Shown here: piece after piece, positions 26,063 to 32,000 of the stretch
Layout of the letters: each line of letters opens with the position of its first letter
Numbering within the stretch: position 1 is the stretch's first letter
Assembly (NCBI RefSeq): GCF_000011805.1
Contig: NC_006840.2
Origin: Aliivibrio fischeri ES114
GTDB taxonomy: Bacteria > Pseudomonadota > Gammaproteobacteria > Enterobacterales > Vibrionaceae
DNA: 32,000 bases
Direction: 5' to 3' (one strand)
Program-made: the position numbers and the translations under genes
The notes under the pieces: model-generated
The model's input: the letters and a program-made list of their open reading frames with translations, nothing else
What the model was told of the DNA's origin: nothing
Databases searched by the model: none

Positions 26063-27196
26063 TTAGCGTAATAGACCAAGAGCAGCGTTAGGCGCTTGCT
26101 TAGCTTGAGCTAAAATAGAAGAACTTGCTTGTTGAAGAATCTGAGATTTCGTCATCTCAGTTGTTTCTTTAGCAAAGTCTACATCTTTAATTCGGCTATT
26201 AGATGCTGAAACATTTTCATTAATGTTATCTAGGTTATTTATCGCATGGCTAAATCGGTTTTGGAATGCACCCAAGTCAGCACGGTTTGAATCAACAAAT
26301 TGCATTGCTGCATCCAGAATAGCCACAGCCTTCTGAGAACCACCTACCGTAGTTACGTCTATGCTCTTAACCGTCTCAGCCTGTGCTGCCCCCATATTCA
26401 GTTCACCAGCTAATGAACCACCAAATTTAACTTCACCTTGAACTTTATCGTTAGAGGTTACAATTTGTAGCTCACCATTTTCTGATACTGACGCATTAAT
26501 CGCATCTGTTTGACCATTGATGTAAGTCGCTACTTGCTCAATATCATCACCAGACTTAGCATTAATCGTTAACTCTTTCTCTTCACCTGCACGGTTTACA
26601 TAAGAAACAGTCAATTCTGATTTCTCAGCATTTACAGCCCAATCACCACCCAGTGCCGTTTCTGCTTTATAGCTTGTTCCGCCCATTGATGCAGAGTCTG
26701 AACGCATGTTGTTAAGACTAAGCATTACCGCTTCACCTGAATCAGCACCAATTTGGAATGATTTAGTACCAAATTGACCATTAAGAAGACGAGAACCACC
26801 GAAAGAGGTTGTTTCAGCAATACGGTTCAGCTCATCATTAAGCGCACCGACTTCTTGTTGAATCGCTTCACGGTCAGAAGTTGTATTTGAACCGTTTGCT
26901 GATTGTAGTGATAAGTCACGCATACGTTGTAAGATGTTTGTTGACTCATTCATTGCACCTTCAGCTGTTTGTGCAATTGAAATACCATCGTTTGCATTGC
27001 GTACAGCTACATCTAAGCCACGAGATTGTGAAGTCAAACGGTTTGAAATCTGTAGGCCAGCAGCATCATCTTTTGCGCTGTTGATTTTAAAGCCAGAAGA
27101 TAGACGTTCCATTGATTGATTCACGCCATCCGTTGCATTGTTCAAGTAACGCTGAGCTGTCATTGCTGATACGTTAGTATTTACTGTAATCGACAT
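26063..27196 (-). CDS. flaC: Flagellin, third copy (start trimmed to [10 protein letters not shown]..)
   Basis: Conserved flagellin termini. GGAGA lies 7 nt upstream of the ATG at 27196. The track's 23-codon extension overlaps the structured leader. The symbol is positional only. Confidence 0.93.
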   Translation of the reverse strand: MSITVNTNVSAMTAQRYLNNATDGVNQSMERLSSGFKINSAKDDAAGLQISNRLTSQSRGLDVAVRNANDGISIAQTAEGAMNESTNILQRMRDLSLQSANGSNTTSDREAIQQEVGALNDELNRIAETTSFGGSRLLNGQFGTKSFQIGADSGEAVMLSLNNMRSDSASMGGTSYKAETALGGDWAVNAEKSELTVSYVNRAGEEKELTINAKSGDDIEQVATYINGQTDAINASVSENGELQIVTSNDKVQGEVKFGGSLAGELNMGAAQAETVKSIDVTTVGGSQKAVAILDAAMQFVDSNRADLGAFQNRFSHAINNLDNINENVSASNSRIKDVDFAKETTEMTKSQILQQASSSILAQAKQAPNAALGLLR

Positions 27197-27298
27197 AGTG
27201 GTATCTCCGTTTAGTTTTCCGATTGTTTTCCGTAGTTCGGAAAACTGAGCTTTATTATTCGACACTAAATTGATTGCTATTAGTGCCTGATACTTAAC

Positions 27299-27325
27299 TT
27301 AACGACGGTTAAAAATAAACCTTTA
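27299..27325 (-). promoter_or_regulatory. Putative sigma28 promoter of the flagellin at 26063-27196
   Basis: The reverse strand reads TAAAGGTTT-N11-GTCGTTAA (TAAAG-N14 spacing), about 100 nt upstream of the ATG. The downstream GTTAAGTATCA is shared with the promoter at 25745. Confidence 0.6.
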
Positions 27326-27538
27326 TCGATTTATTTATAAAATAGGTGATTACTTTATGAACTATGATCGTGCTTCAAAGTTTTTTACAATTGACTAAAA
27401 AATAGCTAAAGTTTTTTTGCTTTTGGCCAAGTATTAGCCAGTTCCTTGATACAAAAGGGATTTAGCCACCTCTTCCTTTAGATTTAATGCCTCATTTCTT
27501 TATTTATTTCACTTTAGCTACTTTATTTTCTTTAGACG

Positions 27539-27567
27539 AAAAAAAACCAGCAATCATTGCTGGTTTA
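27539..27567 (-). terminator. Intrinsic terminator after the flagellin at 27594-28727
   Basis: The reverse strand reads AAACCAGCA-atgat-TGCTGGTTT followed by a run of T residues. Confidence 0.8.
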
Positions 27568-27593
27568 AAAATAGTTATGTCGATTGGTATAAA

Positions 27594-28727
27594 TTAACCA
27601 AGCAATTTTAAAGCAATATCAGGTGCTTGTTTTGCTTGTGCCAGTACTGTTGAACTCACTTGCTGTAAGATTTGAGCTTTCATCATCTCAACCGTTTCTT
27701 TTGCAAAATCTGTATCTTCAATACGACTGTTTGAAGCGGCAACATTTTCATGAATATTATTCAAGTTATTGATAGCATGGTCAAAGCGATTTTGGAAAGC
27801 GCCTAACGTTGCTCGTTCTTTATCAACAAACCCCATTGCCGCATCTAAAGTTGCAATAGCACGTTGTGAGCCACCAACACTCGTTAGGTCTAAATCATTA
27901 ACAGTATCAAATACAGCACCACCAATGGCTAACTCAGCAGAGAGTGATCCTCCAAATGTCACCGCACTTGAGACTAAATCACCTGCAGTAAATAATTGTA
28001 ATTGACCATTCTCATCAACGGATGCTTGAACGGTATCATTCTGGCCATTGATATACGTTGCCAATTCCTCAATATCATCACCCGCTTTGGCTTCAATTGT
28101 GATTTCTTGAGCTTTACCATTTTTATCATTAAATGACATGGTAAGCGTTTGACCACCTTCTGGCACTGTCCAACCTTTGTTTAATTGGTTTTGAGATGTG
28201 TAATGAAAACCGCCCATGGCAAGTGTATCAGATCGCATACTACCTAAAGTAAGTTGAACGGCTTCACCTGCATTGGCACCAATCTGAAAGGTTGAGGTTC
28301 CAAACTGACCATTCAACAAACGTCGGCCACCAAAAGAAGTGGTTTCTGCAATACGATTTAATTCATCGTTAAGTGCATCCGCTTCTTCTTGAATTGCTTG
28401 TCTGTCTTGTAACGTATTAGAACCATTAGAAGACTGTAGTGCTAAATCGCGCATACGTTGCAAAATATTAGTACTTTCATTCATTGCACCTTCTGCTGTT
28501 TGTGCAATTGAAATACCGTCATTCGCATTACGAACCGCCACATCCAAACCACTCATTTGAGATTTCAAACGATTTGATATTTGCAAACCAGCCGCATCAT
28601 CTTTCGCACTATTAATTCTTTTACCTGACGAAAGGCGTTCCATTGATTGGTTTAAGTGTTCTGTTGCTTGATTTAAATATCGCTGTGCCGTCATTGCAGA
28701 CACATTGGTGTTTACCGTTACAGACAT
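27594..28727 (-). CDS. flaB: Flagellin, second copy
   Basis: 377 aa with conserved flagellin termini ([18 protein letters not shown].. ..[17 protein letters not shown]). The symbol is positional only. Confidence 0.93.
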   Translation of the reverse strand: MSVTVNTNVSAMTAQRYLNQATEHLNQSMERLSSGKRINSAKDDAAGLQISNRLKSQMSGLDVAVRNANDGISIAQTAEGAMNESTNILQRMRDLALQSSNGSNTLQDRQAIQEEADALNDELNRIAETTSFGGRRLLNGQFGTSTFQIGANAGEAVQLTLGSMRSDTLAMGGFHYTSQNQLNKGWTVPEGGQTLTMSFNDKNGKAQEITIEAKAGDDIEELATYINGQNDTVQASVDENGQLQLFTAGDLVSSAVTFGGSLSAELAIGGAVFDTVNDLDLTSVGGSQRAIATLDAAMGFVDKERATLGAFQNRFDHAINNLNNIHENVAASNSRIEDTDFAKETVEMMKAQILQQVSSTVLAQAKQAPDIALKLLG

Positions 28728-28759
28728 AACAATCTCTTAATTTATTTTCATCTTAATAG

Positions 28760-28788
28760 TTATAACGGCACAAAAACCTAAAGCTTAA
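28760..28788 (-). promoter_or_regulatory. Putative sigma28 promoter of the flagellin at 27594-28727
   Basis: The reverse strand reads TTAAG-N14-GCCGTTATAA, about 33 nt upstream of the ATG. Confidence 0.5.
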
Positions 28789-28980
28789 ATAATAAAAAGT
28801 ACAACTATTGATGAAATAGATTCAATCATGAATGAACGAAAAATGGGATATGAGAAAAAAGATGTATTTTGAAGGGTAGCCCCAATTAAGGGGCATAAAG
28901 CTAGGTTGGTTTTTTATGAGGAGATCTGTGAGAAGAACACAAAAAACCAGTTACCTATAGCTTGCACAACAATCAGGTGA

Positions 28981-29015
28981 ACAAGAGGTTGATGAGAGAT
29001 GAGAGCACCTCTTGT
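28981..29015 (-). terminator. 9-bp hairpin just downstream of flaA (terminator or 3' stabiliser; no adjacent T-tract)
   Basis: ACAAGAGGT-(17 nt)-ACCTCTTGT is a perfect inverted repeat, about 30 nt after the flaA stop. Confidence 0.4.
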
Positions 29016-29045
29016 CCATTCATATGACTGTTGTTAGTTACTCAA

Positions 29046-30185
29046 TTACTGCAGTAAAGTTAGTGCAGCGTTTGGTAACTGTTTCGCTTGAGCAAGAATA
29101 GAAGTACTAGACTGCTGAAGGATTTGTGCTTTTGTCATGTTTGTTGTTTCTTTAGCAAAATCAGTATCTTTGATTCGGCTGTTAGAAGCAGATACATTCT
29201 CTTGAATGTTTGACAAGTTGTTGATGCTGTGACCTAGACGGTTTTGTTTAGCACCTAAATCAGCACGCTCACGGTCGATGTAAGCAAGAGCTGAATCGAT
29301 AACACCGATAGACACTTGTGCATCACCTACAGACGTTACGTCTAGTTTATCAACCGTTGCTTTAGAACCAAGACCACTTTCTAGGCCAAGTTCAGTTGCA
29401 AGGTTACCAGTGATTGATAGCTCACCTTCGATTGATGGTTCAGCAACAAACAGTTGAAGTTTACCTTCATCACCAACAGATGCTGAGATCTTGTCTGATT
29501 GACCGTTGATGTATGTTGCTAATTCTTCGATGTCGTCACCAGCTTTAGCACTGATATCGATAGAAACTGCTTCACCTTTCTTAGTAGTGAATTCTAGTTT
29601 CATGTCATTCTTACCAGGTTCTACGTTCCAAGATGCACTCTTGCCGTTTTCAGAAACGAAACGTTGGCCACCCATGCTGTCATCATCAGCACGAACTGAC
29701 GGTAACTTGATTAGGATTGCTTCACCAGCGTTAGCACCGATTTGGAATGCTGACTCACCGAATTGACCGTTAAGAAGACGACGACCACCGAATGATGTTG
29801 TCTCTGCGATACGGTTTAGTTCATCAGATAGTGCGTGAACTTCTTCTTGGATAGAAGCACGATCTTGGTCTGAGTTTGAACCATTTGCCGCTTGTAGTGA
29901 TAAATCACGCATACGTTGAAGGATATTAGTCGATTCGTTCATCGCACCTTCAGCTGTTTGAGCGATAGAAATACCATCGTTCGCGTTACGCATAGCAACA
30001 TCAAGACCACGAGTCTGAGCTGTTAAGCGGTTAGAAATTTGTAGACCAGCAGCGTCATCTTTTGCGCTGTTGATTTTAGTACCTGACGATAAACGCTCCA
30101 TTGAGTTGTTTAGGTCATTTGTTGCGTTGTTTAGGTAACGCTGCGCAGTCATCGCAGATACGTTAGTATTTACATTTACAGCCAT
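29046..30185 (-). CDS. flaA: Flagellin FlaA (core, sigma54-class flagellin)
   Basis: 379 aa. It shares FlaA-specific residues with Vibrio FlaA as I remember that sequence (..[10 protein letters not shown].., ..[10 protein letters not shown].., ..LSNIQENV.., ..[15 protein letters not shown]). It is the first flagellin after flgL and the only one preceded by sigma54-type promoters. Confidence 0.93.
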   Translation of the reverse strand: MAVNVNTNVSAMTAQRYLNNATNDLNNSMERLSSGTKINSAKDDAAGLQISNRLTAQTRGLDVAMRNANDGISIAQTAEGAMNESTNILQRMRDLSLQAANGSNSDQDRASIQEEVHALSDELNRIAETTSFGGRRLLNGQFGESAFQIGANAGEAILIKLPSVRADDDSMGGQRFVSENGKSASWNVEPGKNDMKLEFTTKKGEAVSIDISAKAGDDIEELATYINGQSDKISASVGDEGKLQLFVAEPSIEGELSITGNLATELGLESGLGSKATVDKLDVTSVGDAQVSIGVIDSALAYIDRERADLGAKQNRLGHSINNLSNIQENVSASNSRIKDTDFAKETTNMTKAQILQQSSTSILAQAKQLPNAALTLLQ

Positions 30186-30254
30186 CGTTGCTCTCCTTTG
30201 GCTTCGCTTTCACGAAAACTCATTTCTGCTCTATTCAGAAATATTTAAATTTAT

Positions 30255-30284
30255 ATCAGCCACAATCAGCCACAATCAGCCAAT
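30255..30284. repeat. 3 x 10 bp tandem repeat in the flaA leader (ATCAGCCACA ATCAGCCACA ATCAGCCAAT)
   Basis: Read directly. The reverse strand reads ATTGGCTGAT TGTGGCTGAT TGTGGCTGAT, 70-100 nt upstream of the flaA ATG. Confidence 0.95.
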
Positions 30285-30388
30285 AGTTATTCTGTGCCAT
30301 GTAATTTACATATCAATTCCCATGCCAAGATGAGAAAAATATGCACATTAATGACCGACATACAAAAGCAAAGCCTTCAACTCTACTC

Positions 30389-30404
30389 TGCAACTGCTAT
30401 GCCA
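30389..30404 (-). promoter_or_regulatory. Putative sigma54 promoter of flaA (proximal, best match)
   Basis: The reverse strand reads TGGCATAGCAGTTGCA, a near-perfect match to TGGCAC-N5-TTGCA, about 205 nt upstream of the ATG. Confidence 0.65.
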
Positions 30405-30452
30405 CTATTTACCATTGGCAAACTGTGAGCTTCTCAGTCATAGTTATTAATT

Positions 30453-30468
30453 AGCATAAGGTGTGCCA
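30453..30468 (-). promoter_or_regulatory. Second sigma54-like promoter upstream of flaA (distal)
   Basis: The reverse strand reads TGGCACACCTTATGCT, with correct GG/GC spacing, 64 bp upstream of the proximal promoter. Confidence 0.5.
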
Positions 30469-30595
30469 GTTTTTTAAATAAATGCTTCAATATAAGCAAA
30501 AACAAATAAAAATCACTAAATAACAATAACTTACAAAATGGTCGCATTCTTTGTTTTTCCACTTTTGATAGAAAAAATAAGAATGAAAAATATTT

Positions 30596-30706
30596 TTGCC
30601 GCTTAATGAACAATAGGGTTTGCCGCTTTTTTTCACCTTTGCCTCAATAAATAAACGACTATTTATCTGCTACTAAAAAGCGGCAAAAAAACAAACAGAG
30701 CGGCAA
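30596..30706. promoter_or_regulatory. Array of four TTGCCGCT half-sites (two direct, two inverted) in the flgL-flaA gap; candidate enhancer (UAS) or structured RNA
   Basis: TTGCCGCT occurs at 30596-30603 and 30620-30627, and AGCGGCAA at 30679-30686 and 30699-30706. The inner pair extends to a 13-nt inverted repeat, TTTGCCGCTTTTT / AAAAAGCGGCAAA. Confidence 0.4.
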
Positions 30707-30751
30707 GGCATTTCCCATGCAATATATTGATAATTCAATTAGTTATAGAAA

Positions 30752-30779
30752 TAAAAAAGCCTAACATCACTGCTAGGCT
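30752..30779 (-). terminator. Intrinsic terminator of flgL
   Basis: The reverse strand reads AGCCTA-gcagtgatgt-TAGGCT followed by TTTTTTATTTC. It starts about 25 nt after the flgL stop. Confidence 0.65.
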
Positions 30780-30803
30780 CTCTATTTTATTTAATGGTGG
30801 TAT

Positions 30804-31997
30804 TTACACGTAATTAAATAAAGTAATGTCTTTTACTTTACCAAACGCTTGTTGAGATGCTTGGAGTGCTCGTGTATTTTCATTAAATTCGATTACGGCT
30901 TGTGCGTAATCTAAATCTTCAATTGAACTTAATGACTTCGACAAGGTTAAATCAAAATCTTGATGCTGTTGTTCTTGTTGATCTAACGTATTTTGTCTTG
31001 TACCCACTTCAGCTCGTGCTTGGCTTAAATGAATAAATGCAGCATGAAATTCATCGGTTACTTGCTGAAGTTCTGCTGTTGTTGATGCATCAGCTACATC
31101 ATTTAACGCTAATTCAGACGCTTTCTTAAATGAATCAAAGATACTAATGGTTTTCTTTGGCTCAAGAGTGATCACATCACCTGACTTTAATTGGCCACGG
31201 ATCTGGATATCAACACCTTCATATTTAATCCCTTCTGATGGATCAAATTGAGCATTTTTAACCACACTACCATCTTTTGATAATTGGTAATTATATTGAC
31301 CATTTGCCGAAGCACTAAAGCTCACTTCATACGTTGCAGGGTCAGTATAATTTGTATTTGTTGCTTGTGATAACAACAGTTCAGATCCTTCTTGCAAAGC
31401 ATACTGTGGATCATAATCACCAAATGGATTTTTGATTTCAGTGAACAGTTTGCTACCAGCGTCATTTACCGCTACTTCAATTGAACCTGATACCTTTAAC
31501 TTACGTTGATATTCATCACCAGCATAAGCAACGGTGCCGTCATTGGCTTTAAAAAACGGCTGTGTTTTCGGTTTCGTACCAGAAAATAAGTAGTTTCCTG
31601 ATTCATCTAACATGTTAGTCAGATTCAAGAAGTTACTTGCGATACCTTTTAAGTCTTGTGCATGAGCGTAACGATCTTCTGGTGCTAATGAACCATTGAT
31701 CATTTCCATTACGCTACGTTTTGCATCATCCGCAAACTGCTCGGCATTCGCAATCGCAACTTCATGGCGCTCTAAACGGTTACGTGCCAATGTAATAGTA
31801 TCTGTATATTGGCGTAACTCTTCTTTCTTTTGAGTTAGGTTTTGAGCATATAACGCTGCAACGGGATCATCACCTGCTGTTAATAGCTTTTTACCTGATG
31901 CTAATTGTGCACTGTTATGATGCACTTTCGCTTCTTGGCGCGAAATATCATTTTGCACCGCTTGGTAATTATGAAAGCTTGAAATACGATTTAACAT
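30804..31997 (-). CDS. flgL: Flagellar hook-filament junction protein FlgL (HAP3)
   Basis: 397 aa. The flagellin-like N-terminus (MLNRISSFHNYQAVQNDISRQEAKV..) and C-terminus (..RALQASQQAFGKVKDITLFNYV) fit FlgL, and it lies immediately upstream of the flagellin array. Confidence 0.93.
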   Translation of the reverse strand: MLNRISSFHNYQAVQNDISRQEAKVHHNSAQLASGKKLLTAGDDPVAALYAQNLTQKKEELRQYTDTITLARNRLERHEVAIANAEQFADDAKRSVMEMINGSLAPEDRYAHAQDLKGIASNFLNLTNMLDESGNYLFSGTKPKTQPFFKANDGTVAYAGDEYQRKLKVSGSIEVAVNDAGSKLFTEIKNPFGDYDPQYALQEGSELLLSQATNTNYTDPATYEVSFSASANGQYNYQLSKDGSVVKNAQFDPSEGIKYEGVDIQIRGQLKSGDVITLEPKKTISIFDSFKKASELALNDVADASTTAELQQVTDEFHAAFIHLSQARAEVGTRQNTLDQQEQQHQDFDLTLSKSLSSIEDLDYAQAVIEFNENTRALQASQQAFGKVKDITLFNYV

Positions 31998-32000
31998 ACT

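Noticed and set aside
27407-27433. Plus-strand sigma28-like motif CTAAAGTTT-N11-GCCAAGTA, pointing antisense into the neighbouring flagellin
   Set aside because: The -35 and the spacing are perfect, but the -10 lacks the conserved CGA core (5 of 8 matches). It is most likely a chance match in AT-rich DNA. It would only be worth revisiting if antisense RNA is seen.
30255-30284. The 10-bp tandem repeat considered as a CRISPR or minisatellite, or as sigma54 promoters
   Set aside because: The units are far too short and have no spacers, so this is not a CRISPR array. The GG-N9-GC spacing is one base off for sigma54. It is kept as a finding only as a possible protein-binding array.
30415-30429. 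Plus-strand TGGCAA-N7-GC with sigma54-like spacing, pointing toward flgL
   Set aside because: The -12 region is GAGCT with no TTGC context, and there is nothing to transcribe in that direction except antisense flgL.
30330-30437. 35-codon plus-strand ORF (MRKICTLMTDIQKQ..) in the flaA upstream region
   Set aside because: It has no Shine-Dalgarno sequence, overlaps the sigma54 promoter motifs on the other strand, and is too short to evaluate. It is probably random.
1-32000. Search for mobile elements, defence systems, toxin-antitoxin pairs, tRNA/rRNA genes or CRISPR arrays
   Set aside because: Every ORF of meaningful size is accounted for by a flagellar gene or the PilZ gene. I saw no integrase, transposase or nuclease-like ORFs, no terminal inverted repeats and no spacer-repeat arrays.

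Overview
This AT-rich window is almost entirely one minus-strand polar-flagellum cluster of the Vibrionaceae type, with the sigma54 / FlrA / FlrBC / sigma28 hierarchy. In the direction of transcription (high to low coordinates) it holds flgL, five tandem flagellin paralogs (a flaA-like copy first, then four more), flaG-fliD-flaI-fliS, the master regulator flrA, the two-component pair flrBC, fliEFGHIJ, fliKLMNOPQR-flhB, and the first 1.7 kb of flhA, which runs off the left edge. Five flagellins directly after flgL, plus the low GC, suggest Aliivibrio or a close relative; this is inference only. The only plus-strand gene, and the only non-core gene, is a 225-aa YcgR-like PilZ protein with intact c-di-GMP-binding motifs, wedged between flhA and flhB. 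By eye I can read six sigma54 -24/-12 promoters (flhA, fliK, fliE, flrBC and two for flaA), four sigma28 promoters with identical spacing (TAAAG-N14-GxCGxTAx), and several intrinsic terminators. I see no tRNA or rRNA, CRISPR array, IS element, integrase or defence-type gene, and I do not see a novel multi-gene system here. The items worth follow-up are the embedded PilZ gene and a set of unexplained cis elements. These are a 2 x 23 bp duplicated promoter, an array of four TTGCCGC half-sites upstream of flaA, a 3 x 10 bp repeat in the flaA leader, GGA-rich structured flagellin leaders, a strong hairpin inside the fliE-J operon, a FleQ-type box in the fliE leader, and an flrA terminator that encloses the flrBC sigma54 promoter. 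All promoter, terminator and binding-site calls are pattern matches made by eye and need experimental or computational confirmation.
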